Under the pieces are notes generated by a model. It was not told the origin of the DNA. It made no database searches and saw only the letters and a program-made list of their open reading frames with translations. 64,000 nucleotides of DNA from NCBI GenBank assembly GCA_963736455.1, contig CAVTON010000001.1, positions 778,270 through 842,269 on the forward strand, given 5' to 3'. Below, piece after piece: positions 54,568 to 62,318 of this stretch. The stretch's first letter is position 1, and the number at the start of each line of letters is the position of its first letter. A program made the translations under genes and the position numbers. The stretch comes from an uncultured Acidobacteriota bacterium. GTDB taxonomy: Bacteria; Acidobacteriota; Thermoanaerobaculia; UBA5066; Gp7-AA6.

Positions 54568-55650
54568 CTAGGCCGGCGAGATGGTCAGATCGCCGCTCGA
54601 GGTGCGGACCCGAATGTGCGCGCCCCCCGAGCCGCGCCGGTATCCGACGACGCGATCGGAATGGCTGATCTCCGTTCCGTCGGAAAACCGCACGTCCATG
54701 TCTCCGCTGGACTGGTCGGCATCCACGTCGAAGCTCATCCCCTCCGGCAGGCGCAGCGAGACGTCGCCGCTCGAGGTCCGAATCCGCGCATCGCGCAGCC
54801 CGGTGCCGGCGGCCTCGAAGGTCACATCGCCGGAGCTGGCCCGCGCCGAGAACTCCTGGAGGTCGGCGTCCGTCAGGCGGATGTCCCCCGAGGTGGAGTC
54901 GAACTCCGCGCGGCGGGCCTTGACCGAGCGCAGCCCGACGTCGCCGGAGTTCGTGTGAAAGGAGAGGGAGTCGCCCTCGAAGCCCTCGAGATCGCAGTCG
55001 CCGCTCGAAAAATCGGACGACCAGCTCCCCTTGATGTCGCGGGCGCGGATGTCGCCGGAAGAGCCCTCGAGGGTCAGCTTCCCGTCGAGGCGGCGCAGGC
55101 GCAGGTCCGCGCTCGACACCCGGAAGGCGAGCTCGCCCCGAATCCCGTCCGCGTCCACACGTCCCACGAGATTCGCAAAGGCGGCCGAGACGCTCGCCGC
55201 CGGAACGCGCACGTCCAGGTCCGCGTAGACCGAGGACCCGCGGCCGCGATTGATCCGCACGCGGTGTCCGTCGTACTCGTAGGATTCCGAGCTCGACCAT
55301 CCGAAGAAGCCGTCGTCGTCCCCGCGCTCCCGATAGCGGAACGTCGAGATCCTGTCGTACGGATACCGGACACGCAGGGTCGCCTCGCCGTTTCCTCCGC
55401 TCACGCGCTCGAGCCGGACGGCGTCGGCGAGCTCCGCGGTGTCGGCATGGACCGTGGCCACGATCTCGATCGCGGAACCCGTCCCCGCCGTGATCCGCAT
55501 CGTTCCGAGCAGATTCTCGACCGCGAAACGGGAGGCGTCGGCCCCGGTCAGCTCGGCGCGGACGGTCCGGACCGTTTCCGCCCGAACCGGAGGAGCGGAA
55601 GCCAGCAGCGCACCCAGGGCGAGGACCGACGACAGCACCGATACACGCAT
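54568..55650 (-). CDS. DUF4097-family secreted beta-rich protein (putative adhesin-like)
   Basis: Signal peptide; repeated SSGDI/SGDV beta-strand units (SSGDIRARDIKG, TSGDIRLTDADL, SSGDVSLRLPEG, SSGDLTISPA) typical of DUF4097/DUF4098. Confidence 0.6.
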   Translation of the reverse strand: MRVSVLSSVLALGALLASAPPVRAETVRTVRAELTGADASRFAVENLLGTMRITAGTGSAIEIVATVHADTAELADAVRLERVSGGNGEATLRVRYPYDRISTFRYRERGDDDGFFGWSSSESYEYDGHRVRINRGRGSSVYADLDVRVPAASVSAAFANLVGRVDADGIRGELAFRVSSADLRLRRLDGKLTLEGSSGDIRARDIKGSWSSDFSSGDCDLEGFEGDSLSFHTNSGDVGLRSVKARRAEFDSTSGDIRLTDADLQEFSARASSGDVTFEAAGTGLRDARIRTSSGDVSLRLPEGMSFDVDADQSSGDMDVRFSDGTEISHSDRVVGYRRGSGGAHIRVRTSSGDLTISPA

Positions 55651-55784
55651 GAATCCTCCGGGGCGCCCGGGTCGGGGCGCCGTAATTCCGGTTACGCCCC
55701 ATGGGGAGAAAGGTTCCCGGATTTCTGGCGATCGGAGCCATCCGGGAAACCTTTCGGGCGGGCATGCGTACCTGAGACCGAAAG

Positions 55785-55816
55785 GCTAAAAAATTCGCAC
55801 ATGCTAATTTTTTAGC
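55785..55816. promoter_or_regulatory. AT-rich dyad (candidate BlaI-family operator) upstream of blaI
   Basis: GCTAAAAAATT-cgcacatgct-AATTTTTTAGC: 11-bp perfect inverted arms around a CATG-centred core, 29 nt upstream of the blaI ATG, in a genome that is about 70% GC. Confidence 0.45.
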
Positions 55817-55844
55817 AGTAAGCTTTGGACGGAGGGCCCGCCGG

Positions 55845-56237
55845 ATGGCCGCGAAAAAGCCCGTCTCCAACTTCTCGCGCCGGGAACGCCAGATCATGGA
55901 AGTGCTCTACCGCGACCGCCAGGCCACGGCGGGCGAGGTGCTCGAACGCCTTCCGGATCCCCCGGGTTACTCGGCCGTCCGCGCCCTGCTCCGCATCCTC
56001 GAGAACAAGGGGCACGTCCGCCACCAGATCGACGGAAACCGGTACGTCTACGAGCCGCGCCTGACCCGCGAGCGCGCGGGACGGCCCGCCCTCGCGGGCG
56101 TGATCGAAACGTTCTTCGACGGCTCGACCGAAAAGGCCGTGGCCGCCCTGCTCGACCTTTCCCGCGCCGACCTCTCGGAAGCCGACTTCGACCGCCTGTC
56201 CGATCTGATCGAACGGGCTCGACTGGAGGGACGCTGA
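55845..56237 (+). CDS. blaI: BlaI/MecI/CopY-family transcriptional repressor
   Basis: SRRERQIMEVLYRDRQATAGEVLERLPDPPGYSAVRALLRILENKGHVRHQIDGNRYVYEP winged-helix penicillinase-repressor signature; 130 aa; GGAGGG RBS. Confidence 0.85.
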   Translation: MAAKKPVSNFSRRERQIMEVLYRDRQATAGEVLERLPDPPGYSAVRALLRILENKGHVRHQIDGNRYVYEPRLTRERAGRPALAGVIETFFDGSTEKAVAALLDLSRADLSEADFDRLSDLIERARLEGR

Positions 56238-56238
56238 C

Positions 56239-58602
56239 ATGGACCTGCTCACCTCGCTGACTTCGATCTCGGCCGGCATCGCGGTCCGGGCAACCATCCT
56301 GTTCGCGGCGACGGCGGCCGCGCTTTTCGTCCTGAGGCGGGCGAGCGCCGCGACCCGGCATCGGGTCGCCACCCTGGGGCTCGCCGCCGGCCTCCTCCTG
56401 CCCCTGCTCTCGCTCGCGCTGCCCCGCATCCCGGTCGGGCTGCTCTCGCGCTTTGGGTCAGACGGCGCCGCCTCCTCGCCGGGCCGCGGGCTCTGGCTCG
56501 TCGCCTTCTGGACGGTGGGCACCCTCGTCGTCGGCGCGCGCGTCGCGGTGGGATGGTCCCGTGTGCGCCGCCTCGCCCGGGACGCCTCGACCCTGACGGA
56601 CGCGGAGTGGATCGCCGAGAGAGACGAGGCTTCCCGCCGTCTCGCCGTCCCCCGGCCGGTCGCGCTGAAGGAGAGCGAAGACGTTCCGGTCGCCATCACG
56701 TCCGGCTGGCGCCGTCCGCTGCTCCTCGTGGGCCGGGCCGCGCGCGACTGGGCGGTCGAGCGCCGCCGCGTCGTGCTTCTGCACGAGCTCGCTCACGTCA
56801 AGCGCGCCGACTGGCCCGCGCTCCTTCTCACCGAGGCCGCGGTGGCGCTCTACTGGTTCCATCCCCTCGCGCTCTGGCTCGGCCGGCGCGTGCGCAGGGA
56901 GGCGGAGCAGGCCTGCGACGAGATGGTGATCGCGGCGGGAACGAAGCCCTCGGTCTACGCCGGGCACCTGCTCGGGATCTTCCGCTCCGTCGGCGCCCCG
57001 CATCCGGCGGTGCCCGCGCTCGCCATCGCCCGTCCTCATCATTTCGAGGCACGCCTGCGCGCGATCCTCGACCCGGCGGCGCCGGGCGGCAAGGGCATGA
57101 ACGCGATGGGACGCCTCGCCGTCGCCGGACTGGCGGCGGCGAGCGCCGCCGTCCTGGCCTTCGAGCCGCCGCCGCCGCACCCCGTGAGTCTCCGGTCCGC
57201 GAGCTGTGTCCTGGCCGCGTCCGGAGCGGGAGCGCCTGCGGGTTCCGATGACGTCCCGTGCCGCAAGAAACACGAGACCCGGATCGAGAGCGTGGCGGTC
57301 CAGACCCGCGAGCATCGGATCGAGATCCGGCGGACGGCCACGCAGGAGCGCACGCAGATCGACGAGCGCACCGTCACCGACGAATCGCAGGCGCCGGCGC
57401 TTCCGGAACCGGGCGCGAGCTTCCCCGCAATCTGGCGGGTGGACGCGGGCTCGGCGCCCCGGTCCGACATGGGATTCGTGAAGGCTTCCAACTCGCGCAA
57501 GACCCCCCGCGACGGGAGCGACTGGTACGGGCGGGGCATGGACCTCCACAACGGCGGCCACTACGAGAAGGCGATCGAAGCCTTCGAGAAGGCGATCGAG
57601 GACGGCTATCGCGAGGACGCGGCGAGCTACAACATCGCGTGCGGCTATGCCCTTCTCGGAGACAAGGACAAGGCGTTCGAGTGGCTGCACAAGGCGATGG
57701 ATGAAGGCTTCGACCTCGCGTCCTACCTCAGGAGTGACGACGACCTCGAGGACCTCCACGGCGACCCGCGCTGGGCCGAGATCAAGGCCGCGGCGCGCGA
57801 TCAGAAGTCGAGCGAGGCGCAGGCCGAGGCGCGCCGCGCCTCGACGCGGTACGAGCACCTCGTCGCGCGCAATCCCGAGAGCGGCGAGCCGTACTTCGAC
57901 ATGGGGCGCGAGCTCCTTCGCGCGGACGTCTACGACCTCGCGGCCAGGGCCTATGAGGCCTCGGCCGCGCACGGCTATCGCGTCTCGACCTCCCTCTACA
58001 ACGAAGCGTGCGCCCGATCGCTCGCCGGCCAGAAGGCCGAGGCCCTCGATCTGCTCCGGAAGGCGCTCGACGCCGGATTCGATCAGCCCGACCTCTTCGA
58101 CAAGGACGACGACCTCGACAACGTGCGTAGCGACCCGCATTTCGCGGCGCTCGCCGCCGAAGCGGAGGAGCTCTCTCTTCCCGGCTACGGCGTCGGACCC
58201 TGGAACTGGAACTCCCGTTCGAACCGCGCGAAGTGGCGTGACGCCGCGAAGCGCTTCCTCGCGTACGCCGACAAGCATCCGCAGTCCGGGCGCGCCTGGT
58301 ACAACGCCGGATTCTCCCTGCTCGCCGGCGACCGCGCCGACGAGGCCGCGGCGCCGTTCCGGAAGGCCCTGGATCTCGGCTACCGCAAGGACACGACGAT
58401 GTACAACCTCGCCTGCACGTACGCGCGGCTCGATCAGAAGGACCAGGCTTTCGACTGGCTCTTCAAGGCCCTCGACGCCGGCTTCGACGAGCAGTGGACA
58501 CTGCGGCACGACGACGACCTCGACAATCTGCGAGGCGACAGCCGGTACCGCAAGGCGGTCGAGATCGCGCGGGCGCGGGACCGGCAGGCCGAAAAGGACT
58601 AG
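56239..58602 (+). CDS. BlaR1/MecR1-like M56-peptidase signal transducer with non-canonical C-terminal repeat sensor domain
   Basis: Starts 2 nt after the blaI stop. 4 N-terminal TM helices, M56 zinc motif VLLHELAHVKRAD and downstream EQACDE. The C-terminal about 360 aa consist of three ~100-aa TPR-like repeats (…YNIACGYALLGDKDKAFEWLHKAMDEGFD…DDDLEDLHGDPRW / …YNEACARSLAGQKAEALDLLRKALDAGFD…DDDLDNVRSDPHF / …YNLACTYARLDQKDQAFDWLFKALDAGFD…DDDLDNLRGDSRY) in place of a penicillin-binding domain. Confidence 0.8.
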   Translation: MDLLTSLTSISAGIAVRATILFAATAAALFVLRRASAATRHRVATLGLAAGLLLPLLSLALPRIPVGLLSRFGSDGAASSPGRGLWLVAFWTVGTLVVGARVAVGWSRVRRLARDASTLTDAEWIAERDEASRRLAVPRPVALKESEDVPVAITSGWRRPLLLVGRAARDWAVERRRVVLLHELAHVKRADWPALLLTEAAVALYWFHPLALWLGRRVRREAEQACDEMVIAAGTKPSVYAGHLLGIFRSVGAPHPAVPALAIARPHHFEARLRAILDPAAPGGKGMNAMGRLAVAGLAAASAAVLAFEPPPPHPVSLRSASCVLAASGAGAPAGSDDVPCRKKHETRIESVAVQTREHRIEIRRTATQERTQIDERTVTDESQAPALPEPGASFPAIWRVDAGSAPRSDMGFVKASNSRKTPRDGSDWYGRGMDLHNGGHYEKAIEAFEKAIEDGYREDAASYNIACGYALLGDKDKAFEWLHKAMDEGFDLASYLRSDDDLEDLHGDPRWAEIKAAARDQKSSEAQAEARRASTRYEHLVARNPESGEPYFDMGRELLRADVYDLAARAYEASAAHGYRVSTSLYNEACARSLAGQKAEALDLLRKALDAGFDQPDLFDKDDDLDNVRSDPHFAALAAEAEELSLPGYGVGPWNWNSRSNRAKWRDAAKRFLAYADKHPQSGRAWYNAGFSLLAGDRADEAAAPFRKALDLGYRKDTTMYNLACTYARLDQKDQAFDWLFKALDAGFDEQWTLRHDDDLDNLRGDSRYRKAVEIARARDRQAEKD

Positions 58603-59267
58603 GAGCGAGGAACTCCGGGCGGAACGCCCGGCGGCTTCCCTGACGCGAGGCGCTCGAGATCCTTCGGCTCGTCGAGATCCGCCAGCCGGTCGGCGGGCCA
58701 CGAAACGGTCCGGGCGTGGCCGCGGCGGCGCCGGATGATCTCGCGGCCCGGTTCGTCGCCCTCGGCGATCTCCGCAAATAGCGGGCGCGCATAGAGCGTC
58801 GGCGGCGCCGCGACGCCGCCGTAGTCGGAGAGGACGAGTGGGGCGCCGGTTTCCCGGTGAAGGGCGGCGACGGCTCCGATCATCTCGGCCGTCACGTACG
58901 GCATGTCCGCAAGAATCACCACGGCGGCGCCGGCCTCATCCGGGACCGCCGCGATTCCGGCACGAAAGGACGAAGCCTGACCGCTCGCGTGCTGCGCATG
59001 GAAGAGCGGCCGGAAGGGGACGCCGTCCAGCGCCCGTCGGACGCGCTCCGCTTCGTGCCCGAGGACGACGATCACGGGGTCGAGCCCGGCATCGGCCGCC
59101 GCTCGCGCCGCCCGCGCCACGAGGGTTTCTCCATCGACGCGCAGGAGCAGCTTGTTGACGCCCATTCGCGTCGAGGAGCCCGCGGCGAGGACGACCGCGG
59201 CGATGCCGTACTCCCCGGCCTCAGGCGGCATGGGAATCAACGTACACCGGCCGTCCCGGAGGGTCAA
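58599..59267 (-). CDS. MobA-like NTP transferase domain protein (molybdenum cofactor cytidylyl/guanylyltransferase-like)
   Basis: AAVVLAAGSSTRMGVNKLL nucleotide-binding motif; the start may be at the internal Met (59231); convergent 4-nt overlap with the blaR1-like stop. Confidence 0.6.
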   Translation of the reverse strand: MTLRDGRCTLIPMPPEAGEYGIAAVVLAAGSSTRMGVNKLLLRVDGETLVARAARAAADAGLDPVIVVLGHEAERVRRALDGVPFRPLFHAQHASGQASSFRAGIAAVPDEAGAAVVILADMPYVTAEMIGAVAALHRETGAPLVLSDYGGVAAPPTLYARPLFAEIAEGDEPGREIIRRRRGHARTVSWPADRLADLDEPKDLERLASGKPPGVPPGVPRS

Positions 59268-59305
59268 CGCGCCGGCCGATTTCTGCCGTGCCGTAAGATT
59301 TCGGA

Positions 59306-60421
59306 ATGCCCGACACCGAGATCGCGGTCATCGGGGCGGGCGTCGTCGGCCTCGCGGTGGCGGCCCGTCTCGCTGCCGAGCATCCCGGGCTGATTGTTCT
59401 CGAACGCAATCCCCGGCACGGGATGGAGACGTCGAGCCGCAACAGCCAGGTCATCCACGCGGGTATCTACTATCCGGCCGGATCGCTCAAGGCCCGTTTC
59501 TGCGTCGAAGGCCGCGAGCGCGTCTACGAACTCTGCCGCCGCCACGACATCCCGCACGCGAAGCTCGGCAAGATCATCACCGCGTCGGTTCCCGAGGAGC
59601 TTCCGGCGCTGGATGCGATCGAGGCGGCCGCACAACAGAACGGCGTCGTGCTCCAGCGACTGTCGGCAACGGAGGCGCGCGCCCTCGAGCCGAACATGCG
59701 GACGGCCGGCGCGCTGCTGTCGCCCGAGTCGGGCATCGTGGATGCGCACGGCCTCATGGATGCGCTGCTCGCGCGGGCGGCGGCGGGCGGCGCGATCTTC
59801 CAGCCCCGCGCGCCGGTCGTGAACGTCGAGCGCGTTTCCGATGGATACCGGATCACCGTCGGCGGCGCGTCGGGAACGGAATCGTTCACCGCCGAGCGCG
59901 TCGTCAACGCCGCGGGGCTCGAGGCCGACTCGATCGCCGCCCTCGCGGGGATCGACGTCGACGCGGCCGGCTACCGCCAGCATCTCTGCAAGGGCAGCTA
60001 CTTCTCGGCCGCGCCGCGATGCGCCAGGCTCGTCTCGCGCCTGGTCTATCCCGTTCCCGCGCGCGAGAGCCTGGGCGTCCACGTGGTCCTCGACACGGGG
60101 GGCCGGATGCGCTTCGGGCCGGACGCGGAGTTCCTGGCGGATCGCCGCTACGACTATCGCGTGGATCCGTCGAGGCGCACGGCGTTCGCCGAGGCGGCCC
60201 GGCGCCTCCTGCCAAGCATCCGCGACGAAGACCTCGAGCCCGACATCAGCGGGATCCGACCGAAGCTGCAGGTCCGGGGCGGCCCGTTCCGCGACTTCGT
60301 CGTCGCCGAGGAGTCGGCGCGTGGGCTACCCGGTTTCTACGATCTCATCGGCATCGAATCGCCCGGCCTGACCGCCGCTCCGGCGATCGCCGAAGAGATC
60401 GCGCGCCTGATCCGGGGTTAG
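59306..60421 (+). CDS. lhgO: L-2-hydroxyglutarate oxidase/dehydrogenase-like FAD-dependent oxidoreductase
   Basis: IAVIGAGVVGLAVAARL ... VLERNPRHGMETSSRNSQVIHAGIYYPAGSLKA is characteristic of LhgO/YgaF; 371 aa. Confidence 0.75.
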   Translation: MPDTEIAVIGAGVVGLAVAARLAAEHPGLIVLERNPRHGMETSSRNSQVIHAGIYYPAGSLKARFCVEGRERVYELCRRHDIPHAKLGKIITASVPEELPALDAIEAAAQQNGVVLQRLSATEARALEPNMRTAGALLSPESGIVDAHGLMDALLARAAAGGAIFQPRAPVVNVERVSDGYRITVGGASGTESFTAERVVNAAGLEADSIAALAGIDVDAAGYRQHLCKGSYFSAAPRCARLVSRLVYPVPARESLGVHVVLDTGGRMRFGPDAEFLADRRYDYRVDPSRRTAFAEAARRLLPSIRDEDLEPDISGIRPKLQVRGGPFRDFVVAEESARGLPGFYDLIGIESPGLTAAPAIAEEIARLIRG

Positions 60422-60799
60422 AAGGGGGCCCTCACGCGTGCCCTGTCCCGCGGGAGAGGGGGTAACAGAGCTCGTCACGCCCATCTCTCCAACCGCTCGC
60501 GGCGTGAGAAGTCACCCGAGCGAAGCGAAGGTGGAGGCTCACGCCGCGGGAGCCGCAGCGTACCCCGGTTTCTACGATCTCATCGGCATCGAATCGCCCG
60601 GCCTGACCGCCGCTCCGGCGATCGCCGAAGAGATCGCGCGCCTGATCCGCGGTTAGAAGAGGGGCCCCTCACCCCTGCCCTCTCCCGCCGGGAGAGGGGG
60701 TGAGAGCTCGTCACGCCCACCTCTCCAAACAGCTCGCGGCGTGAGAAGTCACCCGAGCGAAGCGAAGGTGGAGGCTCACGCCGCGGGAGCCGCAGCGTA
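60332..60799. repeat. Tandem direct duplication, 2 x about 235 bp (about 93% identical), containing the last about 27 codons of lhgO plus about 150 bp of structured downstream sequence; a third partial copy of the cgagcgaagcgaagg core is at about 60865
   Basis: 60332-60566 and 60567-60799 align base-for-base, for example ggtttctacgatctcatcggcatcgaatcgcccggcctgaccgccgctccggcgatcgccgaagagatcgcgcgcctgatcc(g/c)gggttagaag. Each copy carries a 10-bp perfect hairpin gcggcgtgag-N27-ctcacgccgc. The ORF 60438-60656 is the duplicated lhgO tail. Confidence 0.7.
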
Positions 60800-60912
60800 G
60801 CGAGGGGTCAGGCGTCCGGTCGAGCCCGCATCCGGGCGAGCCGGACGCCGGTGCGCCCCAAAGGGGCGCAGACCCCGAGCGAAGCGAAGGCGACGGCAGC
60901 GGCGGCGACGGC

Positions 60913-62262
60913 CTAGAAATCGATCGAAGCCTGCGCCCCGAGCACGAGAGCGTTCGGGATCTGGCCCGTGGCGGCGGGCCGGATGACCCACTGGACGTCG
61001 GGCTGGAAACGGAACCAGCGGGTGATCTCGACACCGTAGTTCCACTCGAGCACGAGCTCGAACGTCTGGCCGGATACGGTGCGGTCGACCCATGTCGCGG
61101 CGAAGCCCTGCGTGTCGTAGGGACGGCACGCGAGCAGGCCGTTGGCCACCAGGCCGCCGAATGCCGCGACGTCGTTGACCGTCCCCGATCCCTGCGCCCA
61201 GCTCACTCCCCCGAGAACGGTGACGCCGGCCGGGACCTCGGCGACGCCGCGGCCCCGCGGCATGCTCTCGGTCAACGCCTGGTCCAGGAGGACGTACGCG
61301 CCGCCCTTCGCATCGCCGCGGCCGGCGATCGAGCGCATGAACGCCGCCGGCGCGCCCGAGGAGAGCGGCGGAGCCCGAGTCGGCGCCGCGGAAGAAAGCG
61401 GCGCGGATGCCGCCTCGTCCTGCGTCTGATACCACCCGCCGAGCTTGTAGTGCCCGGGCAGACCCGGCGCGTCGCCGCCGCGCACGTACCAGATCTCGCC
61501 GACGATCGCGGTGCCGGTCGAGCCGGCCGTGGACCAGTCGAAGCCGTGCGTGTCGGACAGCGTCGGGTTGACCTCGAAGGCGCCGACCTGCGCGAGAAGC
61601 TCGGGACGCGGTTTCCAGCGCACGCGACCCGCCCAGGCGGGCACGGGGAAGTACGGCATGTTGAGGTTCTGGGCGATTCCGCCCGGGTAGCCGCAGAAGC
61701 CGTTGTTCATGAACACGCAGTAGAGAGGCGACGTGGCGAAATCGCTCGCCGGGTACCGTCCCGCGACGACGTCCCACGCGCCTCCGGCGAACGACTGCTC
61801 GAGCGTGAGCTCGGTCAGGCGATAGGTCTCGGTGGGCCCGTAGATCTGCTGAACGGTGAAGATGTTTCCGATGTACGACTGCGACAGGCTGGTGCCGTCG
61901 CGGTTGGTGAAGATGAAATGGAGGCTGCCCCCCTTCCATGAAACGAGCCTCTGGAAATCGAGGTCGATCGAGAGATTGAGACTGTCGGTGTAGGTGAAGC
62001 CCTGCCGCTGCCCGCCGACCGGATTGCCCGCGAGGTTCGTCCAGTATTCGAAGGCGATCCTGACGCCGCTCTCCGCGAGCCGGGTCCGCGCCCCGCCCCA
62101 GTCGCCCGTCAGCTCGGTCTCGTTGGCGAGCTTCCGGAGATTCTGGGCGGCGAGGGGAATCGCCAGGAAGAACAGGGGCGCAAACGCCGCCAGCCGCGCC
62201 AGGCTCTGGCTCGCCCCGGGCCGGCATTCGGCGGTCATGCGCGGCTTCATTATCGCGCGCAC
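60913..62262 (-). CDS. Carbohydrate-selective porin, OprB family
   Basis: Signal peptide (FAPLFFLAIPLAAQ), then the OprB-like N-terminal block LTGDWGGARTRLAESGVRIAFEYWTNLAGNPVGG and a beta-barrel terminal Phe (SIDF). Confidence 0.7.
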   Translation of the reverse strand: MRAIMKPRMTAECRPGASQSLARLAAFAPLFFLAIPLAAQNLRKLANETELTGDWGGARTRLAESGVRIAFEYWTNLAGNPVGGQRQGFTYTDSLNLSIDLDFQRLVSWKGGSLHFIFTNRDGTSLSQSYIGNIFTVQQIYGPTETYRLTELTLEQSFAGGAWDVVAGRYPASDFATSPLYCVFMNNGFCGYPGGIAQNLNMPYFPVPAWAGRVRWKPRPELLAQVGAFEVNPTLSDTHGFDWSTAGSTGTAIVGEIWYVRGGDAPGLPGHYKLGGWYQTQDEAASAPLSSAAPTRAPPLSSGAPAAFMRSIAGRGDAKGGAYVLLDQALTESMPRGRGVAEVPAGVTVLGGVSWAQGSGTVNDVAAFGGLVANGLLACRPYDTQGFAATWVDRTVSGQTFELVLEWNYGVEITRWFRFQPDVQWVIRPAATGQIPNALVLGAQASIDF

Positions 62263-62318
62263 CGTCCTCGCAAGAGACGGACGGCGCGTTCCTCGATATG
62301 CTCCGGGCGAGGGACTCC

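Noticed and set aside
60438-60656. 72-aa ORF
   Set aside because: Its C-terminal 27 aa are an exact copy of the lhgO C-terminus created by the 235-bp tandem duplication; a pseudo-ORF, not an independent gene.
60330-60880. Possible CRISPR array (direct repeats)
   Set aside because: There are only two or three repeats of about 235 bp with no short regular repeat-spacer periodicity and no cas genes; interpreted as a tandem duplication.
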